In this document: in pieces, positions 36,850 through 46,119 of the stretch | Layout of the letters: each line of letters begins with the position of its first letter | How positions within the stretch are numbered: position 1 is the first letter of the stretch | NCBI GenBank assembly: GCA_963643205.1 | Contig: CAVIJJ010000003.1 | Location: 12,055 to 76,054 of the forward strand | Source of the DNA: a bacterium | GTDB taxonomy: Bacteria > Bacillota > Clostridia > Christensenellales > CAG-138 | DNA length: 64,000 nt | Direction of reading: 5' to 3' | Program-made: the position numbers and the translations under genes | Notes under the pieces: generated by a model | Database searches by the model: none | Seen by the model: the letters and a program-made list of their open reading frames with translations, nothing else | What the model was told of the DNA's origin: nothing

Positions 36850-38224
36850 TATATTCAAGCTCCTTTTTCATAATTCTAAGTGCTGTCTGGGGGTAATGGG
36901 TTGAAAGCAAGCCCATCGCGGCCAGTATGTATTTTCTGTCAACCCAGATGTCCGCCTCTTTGGGGCGCAATGATTCGGGCTGCTGTATGCTGTAAAGGGC
37001 ATGGGAAGCGATTTCGGCCGTGCGCTTGGTGTGTATCAGGCTGCCGCCGGTTACTATAATCTGCTTTACCCTGGTCAGGTCCTTTCCGGCCTGAACAAAG
37101 GTTTGCCCCATCATGGTGTATGTTTCCTCTATCGTTCCGGCGTGGCGGGATACGGCCACCTCAATGGCCAAAGACGCAAGGGCAAAATCCAGCGCTTCAA
37201 GCTCCTTATCGTCGCCCGGAACAATGTCCGTATGGGTTCCCAGGTAATCCACAAGCTCGCTGACGCGCTCGGGAGTAAGGCCCGAAAGCCTGCTCACCCT
37301 GTCCAGTCCCGCGGCGTCCACTATTCCGTGGATGCTGTAGCGCATGCCTATGTCGCCCTCTACGGTGCGCTTTGAGAAGGGTTCGGGCAGGCCCTTATAA
37401 ACGGTGTTCATGTGCTCCGGCATGCCGTCGGCTATGGAGTACACGTCCGTGGTGGCGCCGCCTACGTCAACCGCTACCAAATCGCCTATGCCTATTTCGC
37501 CTTCACAGCCCTGGCTTAAAAGGTTCATTGCCTGAAGCACGGCCGAGGGAGTAGGCATCATAATATCGGAAAGCAGGGACGCGGCCTGAGTCAGGCCCTT
37601 TGCCTGCACTATCCTGCGCAGGAATATATCCCTTATCTGCTTCTGCGTGGCCTCTATGCGCAGCACACCGAACTTAGGCATAACGTTTTCGCAGATGTAA
37701 ACCTCGCACCCGTCCAGTATGCGCCGGCATTCTCTTGCCGCCGTGCGGTTGCCCGCTATTACTATCGGGAACGACGGCTTGATGGAGGCAAGCATTTTGG
37801 CGTTGTGCAGTATGCACTCGGTGTTGCCGCCGTCCGTGCCGCCAACCAGCAGGAATATGTCCGGCCTGGCCCGCTGAATATCCTCCAGGTCATCTTCGGT
37901 CAGCTGAAACGAGTATACCTGAATCACTTTCGCTCCCGCGCCCAGGCTCGCGAGCTTCGCGGCCTCGCTGGTCAGCTCCGGCACAAGGCCGCTTGTGATC
38001 ATTCTCAGGCCGCCCGCGGCCGAAGAGCAGGCATAGGTTTCCGTAAAGTCCAGTTTTCCGCAGACCGCCTCAAGCTCGGCAAGGCCTTTATGCAGACCGT
38101 CATTGATATCGGTCTGTACTGTTGTATACGCCGCGGCTGTGCCGAGGAGCTCCTCCCCTTCCACGTCAACGGCGGTAAGTTTTGTGTAAGTACTTCCGAA
38201 ATCGATGAGTAAAACCGGTTTCAC
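36821..38224 (-). CDS. glmL: glutamate mutase-associated MutL/GlmL (ASKHA-fold reactivase/chaperone)
   Basis: [17 protein letters not shown]-terminus and its position between glmS and glmE. The 3' end overlaps glmE by 29 nt. Confidence 0.88.
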   Translation of the reverse strand: MKPVLLIDFGSTYTKLTAVDVEGEELLGTAAAYTTVQTDINDGLHKGLAELEAVCGKLDFTETYACSSAAGGLRMITSGLVPELTSEAAKLASLGAGAKVIQVYSFQLTEDDLEDIQRARPDIFLLVGGTDGGNTECILHNAKMLASIKPSFPIVIAGNRTAARECRRILDGCEVYICENVMPKFGVLRIEATQKQIRDIFLRRIVQAKGLTQAASLLSDIMMPTPSAVLQAMNLLSQGCEGEIGIGDLVAVDVGGATTDVYSIADGMPEHMNTVYKGLPEPFSKRTVEGDIGMRYSIHGIVDAAGLDRVSRLSGLTPERVSELVDYLGTHTDIVPGDDKELEALDFALASLAIEVAVSRHAGTIEETYTMMGQTFVQAGKDLTRVKQIIVTGGSLIHTKRTAEIASHALYSIQQPESLRPKEADIWVDRKYILAAMGLLSTHYPQTALRIMKKELEYNGHSKQENS

Positions 38225-38231
38225 TGTATTT

Positions 38232-38714
38232 TCATCCTTCCATGTGCAGCAGTTCTTTAAGAGCCGCTATAGTGGTTTCGGGAGTGGTTCCCGGGGGGAA
38301 CGCGCGGTCAAAGCCCATGGCCTTAAAGCGCTTTTCCACTTCCTCAAAGGGCTGCTTGCCTATAACGATGTTTCCGCCAACCACGAGGGGAATACCCTTA
38401 AGGCCGGCTTCGTCGCACTTTTCGCGCATACCCTGGCAGTCAAGCTCTCCCTGTCCGTACAGAGAGGAAATAACGATGGCATCGGCATTGGACTCGATGG
38501 CGGCGGCAATGTACTCTTCCTGAGATACCATAACGCCAAGATTGACCACATCAAAGCCCGCCTCTGTGAAAGCGTGGTACAGGATTTTGTTGCCCACGGC
38601 ATGAACATCCGCACCGATTACGCCGATCACCAGAACCTTTTTCTTTTCCTGCGTTTCACCGCATGTGGTGACTTCTTTGTTTTCCATGTTCCTCATGTTC
38701 TCCATGTTCTTCAT
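38232..38714 (-). CDS. glmS: glutamate mutase sigma/S subunit (B12-binding)
   Basis: [14 protein letters not shown] contains the DxHxxG B12-binding motif. The N-terminus is uncertain because four in-frame ATGs lie in a 9-nt tandem repeat. Confidence 0.9.
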   Translation of the reverse strand: MKNMENMRNMENKEVTTCGETQEKKKVLVIGVIGADVHAVGNKILYHAFTEAGFDVVNLGVMVSQEEYIAAAIESNADAIVISSLYGQGELDCQGMREKCDEAGLKGIPLVVGGNIVIGKQPFEEVEKRFKAMGFDRAFPPGTTPETTIAALKELLHMEG

Positions 38715-38820
38715 GATTTCGTAGTCTCAACGCATTTAAGCCCCGAAAACAAGCTTTTTCGGGCGGCAGGCAAGTCATCAGCACCTTCTCCGCCAGCTTA
38801 ATGTATTGTTCTATATCTAT

Positions 38821-38849
38821 ATACTACAATGAACTATAACATAAGTCAA
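38821..38849 (-). promoter_or_regulatory. sigma-A promoter of the glmS-glmL-glmE-mal operon (TTGACT-17-TAGTAT)
   Basis: On the minus strand, TTGACT is at 38849-38844 and TAGTAT at 38826-38821. ATTGT-N16-ACAAT dyad symmetry overlaps the -10/+1 region. Confidence 0.55.
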
Positions 38850-38886
38850 GACAAAAGGGATTTTTTCTTTGATAATTCTTTGGGGG

Positions 38887-38916
38887 CAAAAAAACTCCCC
38901 GCAAGATGCGGGGAGC
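38887..38916 (-). terminator. intrinsic terminator after the GntR gene
   Basis: CTCCCCGC / GCGGGGAG stem followed by a 7-nt U-run on the minus strand. Confidence 0.8.
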
Positions 38917-38931
38917 GTAGAAGCTGTTTCT

Positions 38932-39915
38932 TTATATTTTCTGTTTTTCGCGCAGGCGGTCTATCTTTTCGGTTAAATACATAAGCGAGCCTTCGTCCAC
39001 CTGATAGGCGCACTGGATCAGATGCCCCGCGCCCTCAAACCGCTTAAGCCAATGCATTATTTCTCCTGAGCAATACTTTTCGTAGTTTTCCGGCACAAGT
39101 ATGGCCGTTTTGTCGAAAAAGTACGCGTTCCAGTCAATGTCCTGATCCGTAAGCACGGGTTCGGAAACAGATACCTGCTCGGTATAGGTGGAGCCCAGCT
39201 CATGAAGCAGGCGGCCGAAGCGCTGGCTTCTGCAAACTATTCCCACCCGCTCCCCGGCGGGGAGCTTTACTATTTTGGCCACGCTGTCCGGCCTCAGGCG
39301 AAGGGCAATCTTGGCTATTTTATTCTTCTGGGAAATTCTGCTTCCTATATCTTCCGCGTGCTCGGCCGTTGTAACCACCAGGTCCATATCCTCGCTTATC
39401 TTATACGGATAAGCCACAATATCGTCCAGCAGATAGGAATACCAGTCCACCTGCCTTATCCCCCTCAGCTGTACCATAAGCTGAGAAAGAATCTCCGGAT
39501 TGCATTCAACAACCGCTATTTTCAGGTTTTGCTGCTTTGCGGCCCTGTCCCGCAGGCGAAGGTTAAGGAAAATATTGATTTCCGCCATGGAAAAATCCAT
39601 GCCCTCCAGCTGCTCAATCAGGGAGTCTATCGCGGCCATGGCGCGTTCCTTGCGGCTGTCCGAAGAGGTGGGCTGGTAGCGCACAAACGTGCCGCGGCCC
39701 TGGATTTTTTCCACAATGCCCAGCTGCTCAAGCTCATCATAGGAGCGCTTTATGGTTCCCCTGGCAACGCCAAGCTCATCCGCAAGGTCGCGAACGGTGG
39801 GCAGCTGCATACCCGGGGGCATTTTCCCGTTTTTCACATTGGAACGGATTACGTCCACAAGCTGACGATATATAGGAATACCCAGCTTTGGATCCACCTG
39901 ATACAGTTCAGACAA
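38932..39915 (-). CDS. GntR-family transcriptional regulator with a large unassigned C-terminal domain
   Basis: N-terminal wHTH (PIYRQLVDVIR...LPTVRDLADELGVARGTIKRSYDELE). TTG start 7 nt after GGAGG. Confidence 0.85.
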   Translation of the reverse strand: MSELYQVDPKLGIPIYRQLVDVIRSNVKNGKMPPGMQLPTVRDLADELGVARGTIKRSYDELEQLGIVEKIQGRGTFVRYQPTSSDSRKERAMAAIDSLIEQLEGMDFSMAEINIFLNLRLRDRAAKQQNLKIAVVECNPEILSQLMVQLRGIRQVDWYSYLLDDIVAYPYKISEDMDLVVTTAEHAEDIGSRISQKNKIAKIALRLRPDSVAKIVKLPAGERVGIVCRSQRFGRLLHELGSTYTEQVSVSEPVLTDQDIDWNAYFFDKTAILVPENYEKYCSGEIMHWLKRFEGAGHLIQCAYQVDEGSLMYLTEKIDRLREKQKI

Positions 39916-39997
39916 AAGTATACCTCCGCACTTTTTCCGCCATGGCGGAATTGATGGGGGGCAAGACTTCGCCTGCCCCGTTAGTGTTAGTTAATAA

Positions 39998-40555
39998 TTA
40001 TATTTGGCTTTCCAGATAAGCCTTGCGGCCGGTTTCGTAAAGGTTGTTACCCTCGCTGTCTATTACAACAACCACCGGGAAATCCTCTACCTCAAGGCGG
40101 CGGATGGCCTCCGCGCCCAGATCCTCATAGGCTATTACCTCGGCCTTTTTGATGCACTTGCTCAAAAGGGCGCCGCAGCCGCCGATAGCGCCGAAATACA
40201 CGGCACCGTATTTTTTCATGGCGGCTATTACCTCGGGTCCGCGCTTGCCCTTGCCTATCATGCCGGTTTCACCCTCGGCTATCATGGTGGGGCTGTAAGC
40301 ATCCATACGATAGGATGTGGTGGGGCCGGCGGAGCCTATGGCCTGGCCCTCCTTTGCGGGAGTGGGCCCAACATAATAAATAATGGAATCCTTAACGTCC
40401 ATGGGCAGGGGCTTACCCTGCGCGACCAGCTCACAAAGGCGCTTATGCGCGGCGTCGCGGGCGGTGTAGATTACGCCGGATATCAGGCAGCTGTCGCCGG
40501 ACTTAAGCTTTCTCGCGTCCTCACGGCTCAGCGGAGCGGTTACTTTGATTGGCAT
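39998..40555 (-). CDS. class I (Fe-S) fumarate hydratase-type hydro-lyase, beta subunit (probable mesaconase)
   Basis: 185 aa; GVIYTARDAAHKRL and GPTTSYRMD motifs of the Fumerase_C/TtdB family. Confidence 0.88.
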   Translation of the reverse strand: MPIKVTAPLSREDARKLKSGDSCLISGVIYTARDAAHKRLCELVAQGKPLPMDVKDSIIYYVGPTPAKEGQAIGSAGPTTSYRMDAYSPTMIAEGETGMIGKGKRGPEVIAAMKKYGAVYFGAIGGCGALLSKCIKKAEVIAYEDLGAEAIRRLEVEDFPVVVVIDSEGNNLYETGRKAYLESQI

Positions 40556-40556
40556 A

Positions 40557-41396
40557 TTACAGCACCTCCGTTTTATGGCGTGTTACGTGGCAGTTTATGT
40601 TCACGGCCACGGGCAGGCCCGCTATATGCGTGGGATAGGTTTCAATATTAACGGCCAGCGCGGTGGTCTTGCCGCCAAAGCCCTGAGGCCCAATGCCCAG
40701 CGCGTTTATCTTATCAAGCATTTCCTTTTCAAGATCGGCGTAATAAGGATCGCCGCTGCGCTGATCCACGGGGCGCATAAGCGCCTTTTTGGCAAGCAGA
40801 GCCGCCTTGTCAAACGTGCCGCCGATGCCTACGCCCACAACTATGGGCGGGCAGGGGTTGGGACCCGCGTCCTCAACAACCTTTATTATAAAGTCCTTAA
40901 CGCCCTCAAGTCCGTCCGAAGGCTTAAGCATCTTTATCTGGCTCATGTTCTCGCTGCCAAAGCCCTTGGGGGCAACGGTTATCTTAAGCTTATCGCCGGG
41001 AACGAGATCGTAGTAGATCATGGCGGGGGTATTGTCGCCCGTGTTTCCGCGGCGAATCGGGTCCTTTACAACACTCTTGCGAAGGTAGCCCTCGGTGTAG
41101 CCCTCTCTTACGCCCTGGTTTACAGCCTCGGCGATATCGCCGGATATGTGCACATCCTGGCCGATTTCCATAAATACGCAGGCAACGCCGGTATCCTGGC
41201 ATATGGGCTGGGGACGTTCATCGGCAATATTGAAGTTTTCGATTATGCGCTGCAGTATTTCCTGCGCGGGTGCCCAGGGTTCGTTCTGGCAGCTTTTCTC
41301 TATGCAGTTTTTCATGTCCTGCGGCAGGTGGCAGTTTGCCTCTATGCACAGGCGCTTTACCGTTTCGGTAATCTGCTTGGCGGAAATTTCCCTCAT
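40557..41396 (-). CDS. class I (Fe-S) fumarate hydratase-type hydro-lyase, alpha subunit (probable mesaconase)
   Basis: 279 aa; ICQDTGV and the conserved Cys ligand context of the Fumerase/TtdA family. Confidence 0.88.
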   Translation of the reverse strand: MREISAKQITETVKRLCIEANCHLPQDMKNCIEKSCQNEPWAPAQEILQRIIENFNIADERPQPICQDTGVACVFMEIGQDVHISGDIAEAVNQGVREGYTEGYLRKSVVKDPIRRGNTGDNTPAMIYYDLVPGDKLKITVAPKGFGSENMSQIKMLKPSDGLEGVKDFIIKVVEDAGPNPCPPIVVGVGIGGTFDKAALLAKKALMRPVDQRSGDPYYADLEKEMLDKINALGIGPQGFGGKTTALAVNIETYPTHIAGLPVAVNINCHVTRHKTEVL

Positions 41397-41408
41397 AATC
41401 GCTTCTCC

Positions 41409-42818
41409 TTACCGCCGAGGCACGTTGTATATGGTGTCCAGCAGTTCTCCGTCGCGGGAGATAACCTTCGCCACGGCGTGGTCGCCCTTGGCTATTGTGT
41501 TCGGCTTGCCGGTTATGCTCTCGGCCTTTTCCTTAAGCTCGCGGATATCCACAATGGGCAGGCCCGCCTCAACAAGGCGCTGCTTAAGCTCCGTATCCTT
41601 GGGATTTACGGCTATGCCCCCCTGCGTTACCAGCACGTCTATATCCTTGCCGGGGGTGGAGATGCAGTTTACGCGATCCGTAACGATGGGCAGACGGGCG
41701 CGGAACATAGGCGCGATTATCATGGAAAGCTTCGCTCCCGCGGCGGTATCGCTGTGGCCGCCGGAACCGCCCATAATATATCCGTTGGAATCCGTATGCA
41801 CGTTTACGTTAAAGTCCGTATCAACCTCGGTAGCTCCGAGAATTACAACATCCAGGCTGTCTACCACGGCGCTGCGGGCGCTGGGGCTTGCGTAATGGGA
41901 AGCGGAAATCTCCTGATGGCGGGGATTGGTGCGGATGGACTCAACAGCCTTAAGGTCAAAGCACTGCACGTCGAGCAGGGACTCGAAGCAGCCCGCCTCA
42001 AGCATATCCACCATGTATCCCGTAATACCGCCAAGGCCAAAGCTGCCCTTTATGTTTTCCTGCAGCATAATGTCCTTAAGGAACTTGGCAGCCGCGAGTG
42101 ACGCGCCGCCGGCACCGGTCTGGAATGAGAATCCGTCCTTAAGAAGGCCGGAGTACTTAATAACCTTAGCGGCGTTGGAAGCCATAACAAGGCCAACGGG
42201 GTCCCTTGTAATCTTGGTTGTGCCGGAAACTATGCCCCTCGGGTCGCCTATCGCGTCCACGGTAACAACATAGTCCACGTACGTTTCGGGTATTGACCAA
42301 TCAAGCAGCGGATAGGGCACAAGATTATCGGTTATAACAACAACCTTCTTGGCGTTCATGGCATCGGGATAGGCATAGCCAAGGCTGCCGCAGGCGCTCT
42401 TTCCGTATTTGCCGGAGCAGTTGCCCATGGTGTCGCTTGTGGGCGCGGCAATGAAGGCCACGTCTATGGGAGTTTGGCCAAGCTCTATCGCGCTCGGGCG
42501 GCCGCCGTGGGTGCGGAACTCAACGGGCTCTTCCATTATTCCCTGGGAAATAGCCTTTCCTACGCCGCCGGCCATATAGTCGGTCTGAATTTTGCGCACC
42601 ACGTGGTTCTTAATATGGTCAAGCAGGGGCGCGTGAGTATCAAACAGAGAGCTGGCGTTTACGGTCAGGTCCTTTATGCCCATCTCGGCTATCTGCTCCA
42701 TGACCATGTTCAGAACATAGTCGCCGTTGCGCAGATGATGATGGAAAGAAACGGTCATGCCGCTCTTCAAACCGGAAAGCTCAATGGCCTCCTTCAAAGA
42801 AGAAACTACTTTATTCAT
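41409..42818 (-). CDS. citF: citrate-lyase alpha-subunit homologue (acyl-ACP:citrate/citramalate CoA-transferase type)
   Basis: 469 aa with full-length CitF similarity (SFHHHLRNGD...). Confidence 0.88.
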   Translation of the reverse strand: MNKVVSSLKEAIELSGLKSGMTVSFHHHLRNGDYVLNMVMEQIAEMGIKDLTVNASSLFDTHAPLLDHIKNHVVRKIQTDYMAGGVGKAISQGIMEEPVEFRTHGGRPSAIELGQTPIDVAFIAAPTSDTMGNCSGKYGKSACGSLGYAYPDAMNAKKVVVITDNLVPYPLLDWSIPETYVDYVVTVDAIGDPRGIVSGTTKITRDPVGLVMASNAAKVIKYSGLLKDGFSFQTGAGGASLAAAKFLKDIMLQENIKGSFGLGGITGYMVDMLEAGCFESLLDVQCFDLKAVESIRTNPRHQEISASHYASPSARSAVVDSLDVVILGATEVDTDFNVNVHTDSNGYIMGGSGGHSDTAAGAKLSMIIAPMFRARLPIVTDRVNCISTPGKDIDVLVTQGGIAVNPKDTELKQRLVEAGLPIVDIRELKEKAESITGKPNTIAKGDHAVAKVISRDGELLDTIYNVPRR

Positions 42819-43698
42819 GTGCTTTGCCCCCTCTTCTTATGGCGATTTCCTCCGCCATGGCAATGGTCTGCTGTGCCCTGGCTACAATAGGCGCGTCTAT
42901 CATCTTGCCGTGCAGAGCGATGGCGCCGCGGCCCTGCTCCTTGGCCTGGCGAATGGCGTCCATAACCTCGTAAGCGTAATCGATATCCTTCTGTGAAGGG
43001 CTGAATACCTCGTTTATAACCTCAACGTGGCGGGGAGAAATGGAGGCTTTGCCGTTAAAGCCGAGCGCCTTGGCGTATTCGGCGTCCGTGCGAATGCCCT
43101 CATCGTCGTTAACATCCGTAAACGGAGTATCGTAAACATCAACGTTGGCGGCCCTTGCGGCGTTTACCATGCGGCTGCGGGCATATTTTATCTCCTCGCC
43201 GCCCTTGGTGCGCTTGCAGCGCAAATCCGCGGTAAGGTCCTCCGCGCCAAGGAACAGCGCGGCCACGCGGTCGCTCGCCGTGGCTATGGCATAGGCGTTC
43301 TCAACGCCGAGCGCGGTTTCGATAAGCGGCATAAGGCGCACGGTGTTCTTTTCGTAGCCCAGGCGCTTTTCAACCTGGCCTATATATTCGCCGGCGGTAA
43401 TAACGTCCTGCGCGCAGCCGGTCTTGGGCAGCATTATAAGGTTGGGCTTCTGGGTCATAACCTCGTCCAGGTCACGCTTCCAGTATTCGGTATCTATTGA
43501 GTTTATGCGCACTATAATTTCGCAGCCGCGGAAATTAAGATATTTCATGGTGTTGCGCACAAGAATTCTTGCGGAATCCTTTTCCGCGGGGGATACCGCG
43601 TCCTCAAGGTCGAATATTACGGCATCAGCGCCCAGGCAGTTGCCGTTTATGAGCAAATTGGGGGTATTGCCGGGTATAAAGAGCATTGAACGGCGCAT
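42811..43698 (-). CDS. citE: citrate-lyase beta-subunit homologue (citryl/citramalyl-ACP lyase)
   Basis: RRSMLFIPGN...DAVIFDLEDAV signature of the HpcH/HpaI-CitE family. Confidence 0.9.
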   Translation of the reverse strand: MRRSMLFIPGNTPNLLINGNCLGADAVIFDLEDAVSPAEKDSARILVRNTMKYLNFRGCEIIVRINSIDTEYWKRDLDEVMTQKPNLIMLPKTGCAQDVITAGEYIGQVEKRLGYEKNTVRLMPLIETALGVENAYAIATASDRVAALFLGAEDLTADLRCKRTKGGEEIKYARSRMVNAARAANVDVYDTPFTDVNDDEGIRTDAEYAKALGFNGKASISPRHVEVINEVFSPSQKDIDYAYEVMDAIRQAKEQGRGAIALHGKMIDAPIVARAQQTIAMAEEIAIRRGGKAHE

Positions 43699-43701
43699 GG
43701 C

Positions 43702-43971
43702 TTATTTCTCCTTTCCCCGCAGCACGGCGGTTTCAACCCTGGAGCGAATAACGCAGTCCAGCGCGCCGCGGTCCACTATGCGAACCTTCGCGCTTTCCAC
43801 GCCGCACTCCTTAAGCACTTCCTGCACCATAGAGCGAATGGATTCGCCAAACTGCTGCTCCACAACGGACTCAAGCTCCAGCTGAATTCCCGCGGAGGAA
43901 GGCTCAATCTCCACATAAGCGTCACTGGACTCCATCGTGCCGGCAGACGCCTTTTTCACAATTTCTGTCAT
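43702..43971 (-). CDS. citD: citrate-lyase gamma-subunit homologue (acyl carrier protein)
   Basis: The start at 43971 gives an 89-aa protein, MTEIVKKASAGTMESSDAYVEI..., which aligns with E. coli CitD (AGTLESGDVMI, prosthetic-group Ser). Confidence 0.85.
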   Translation of the reverse strand: MTEIVKKASAGTMESSDAYVEIEPSSAGIQLELESVVEQQFGESIRSMVQEVLKECGVESAKVRIVDRGALDCVIRSRVETAVLRGKEK

Positions 43972-44192
43972 ATAGGAAAAGACCCCTTTCTGTAACCTTA
44001 TCAACAGTATACCTTCGCGGAGAAGCTGATGAATTCTCCGCCGCAAAGTACTATAACAATTTTACCATATTATATAATACAATTTTTCGCTTTTCAATCG
44101 CATTTTGGCTTTTTCCGCGGTATCTTTTCAAGCGAAAAATAATGGGTTATAATGCTGTTACTATATCAATGTGTATCAAAGCGGAGGAACCT

Positions 44193-45179
44193 ATGGAAAA
44201 AATCCTTGCCTCGCCGCTAAGTCCGCGCCAGCGCGCGCGGTGGGAGGCCTTTCTTTCAAAGCAGGGGCTGGACGCGGATCCGGGCGTTGAGTCCACGCTG
44301 CTTATTGAGGAAGACTCTCAGATAATCGCCACCGGTTCCCGCCAGGAAAACATACTTAAGTGCATAGCGGTGGATCCCGCGCATCAGGGGGAGGATCTTT
44401 CCGCCACCGTATTGAGCGAGCTTAGGCAGGAAGCCTTTCTTAAGGGATTTGACCATTTGTTTTTGTATACCAAGCCTAAAAACAGGCTTATGTTCGAGTC
44501 TCTGTTCTTTTACACCGTAGCGCAGACCAAAGACGTGCTTTTGATGGAAAACCGCCGTGGCGGCATAACGGACTTCGTAGCGAAAATTCCAAAGCCGGGG
44601 GCAGAGGGAACCATAGGCGCGGTTGTAATGAACTGCAATCCGTTTACGCTCGGGCATCGCCATTTGGTTGAAACGGCGGCGCGGGAGTGCGATTGGCTGT
44701 ATATATTTGTGCTTTCGGAGGAAAAAAGCCTGTTTTCGGCTAATGACAGGCTTGCCCTTGTAAAAGAGGGCACGGCGGATTTAACAAACGTAACCGTATG
44801 GCCCACGGGGCCGTATCTTATATCCTCCGCCACGTTCCCAACCTATTTTCTGCCGGATAAAAGCCGCAAGGCGGAAATTCAATGCAGGCTTGATTTAGAG
44901 GTATTCGCGAAGCACTTTGCCCCGCCCCTTTCAATTACCCGCCGCTTTGTGGGCACGGAGCCTTTTTCGCCGGTTACGGCGCAGTATAACAAAGTTATGC
45001 TTGAATGCCTGCCGCAAATGGGGATTGAGGTAACGGAGATAGCAAGGAAAGAAGGCGCGTCGGGGCCCATAAGCGCAAGCGCGGTAAGGGCGCTTCTCAA
45101 AACCGGGCAAAAGGACAACCTAAGCGAGCTTGTGCCCCCAAGCACTTTAAGATATTTGGAATCAAAAAATCTAATCTGA
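44193..45179 (+). CDS. citC: [citrate (pro-3S)-lyase] ligase homologue (acetate:SH-ACP ligase)
   Basis: MNCNPFTLGHRHL nucleotidyltransferase motif and a GNAT-like N-domain. GGAGGA RBS before the ATG at 44193. Confidence 0.88.
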   Translation: MEKILASPLSPRQRARWEAFLSKQGLDADPGVESTLLIEEDSQIIATGSRQENILKCIAVDPAHQGEDLSATVLSELRQEAFLKGFDHLFLYTKPKNRLMFESLFFYTVAQTKDVLLMENRRGGITDFVAKIPKPGAEGTIGAVVMNCNPFTLGHRHLVETAARECDWLYIFVLSEEKSLFSANDRLALVKEGTADLTNVTVWPTGPYLISSATFPTYFLPDKSRKAEIQCRLDLEVFAKHFAPPLSITRRFVGTEPFSPVTAQYNKVMLECLPQMGIEVTEIARKEGASGPISASAVRALLKTGQKDNLSELVPPSTLRYLESKNLI

Positions 45180-45192
45180 GGAGGAAAAGTTT

Positions 45193-46119
45193 ATGTCTTT
45201 TATCGAAAAAGGCACCAACCACATTTACAGCACCTATTACGCCCCCAGAGGACGCAGCCGTATTTACGAGCTGGGCATTCTGCTTTCTCAGCAGTATCTT
45301 TCCCCCTTTGACAGGCTTATAGGCGTTATAGGCGAGGCAGGTTCCGGCAAAAGTGTGCTTATAAAGGGAATGTTCCCCGGCCTTGAGCTTACAAATGATG
45401 ACGACGGCGTAAACGTGCGCCCGCTCCCCCTTAAGGAGCAGGATTCCGAAACCGGATTTTTCACCCCGCATACATACCATGTGGACATTCGCTTTGAAAT
45501 GGGCTTTACCCAGATGAACGTGCTTGCGGACGCGATTATGCAGGCGGTACATCGCGGCAAAAGGGTAATAATAGAGCACTTTGACCTTATCTATCCCTTC
45601 CTTGGCATGAACGCTGATATACTTATAGGCATAGGCGAGGAAGTGGTTGTTACCCGCCCGGGTCTCTTCGGCCCCTTGCCGCAGGAGGTATACGATATTG
45701 TTTATAAATCCCTGCCCTATCGCCTTATGGCGCACACGGCGGAGGACCTTTGCGAATTCTGCATGCCAAAGGACGACATGAACCGCTGCATGCATAGCGA
45801 CGTAAGGCACGGCTTCATACTGGTATTCCCGGAGTATGAGCCCAAGTTTGATCTTAGGGAGATTGAGCAAAAGGTGCTTAAAATGATTGCGGACGATATG
45901 CCCATAGGCTATTTGGATGAGGGGCACGTGTCCATAGGCGGCGTAACGCACCCCTGCACAGGCCCCCGTACGCACGTGCACAACACCGGCATGATAAAGG
46001 AATTCCACCTGCTGCCGCATTTTATATACGACAGGCTGCACAAGGAATACCTTATGGTCGGCTGCGTTGGCGAAAATTCCCTGGAAAATCTGGGCAAGCT
46101 TGACCACATGATAAGATAA
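45193..46119 (+). CDS. uncharacterised P-loop protein with a His/Cys-rich, tRNA_SAD-like C-terminal segment
   Basis: GAGGAGG RBS 13 nt after the citC stop. Walker A GEAGSGKS at aa 47-54. The C-terminal HPCTGPRTHVHNTGMIKEFHLL resembles the CGGTHV-NTG-I--F signature of the Thr/Ala-tRNA synthetase second additional domain. Confidence 0.6.
   Translation: MSFIEKGTNHIYSTYYAPRGRSRIYELGILLSQQYLSPFDRLIGVIGEAGSGKSVLIKGMFPGLELTNDDDGVNVRPLPLKEQDSETGFFTPHTYHVDIRFEMGFTQMNVLADAIMQAVHRGKRVIIEHFDLIYPFLGMNADILIGIGEEVVVTRPGLFGPLPQEVYDIVYKSLPYRLMAHTAEDLCEFCMPKDDMNRCMHSDVRHGFILVFPEYEPKFDLREIEQKVLKMIADDMPIGYLDEGHVSIGGVTHPCTGPRTHVHNTGMIKEFHLLPHFIYDRLHKEYLMVGCVGENSLENLGKLDHMIR

Noticed and set aside
40545-42101. 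A very long antisense ORF of 518 aa. Similar ones are at 35515..36705, 34383..35375, 14505..15593, 16893..17903, 21125..22165, 45097..46107 and 54008..54925.
   Set aside because: Each lies exactly opposite a confidently identified gene. The translations are low-complexity (A/G/V/L/R/H/Y-rich) with no recognisable motifs and no RBS. The sense-strand codon bias avoids TTA/CTA/TCA, which suppresses stops on the opposite strand. These are shadow ORFs.
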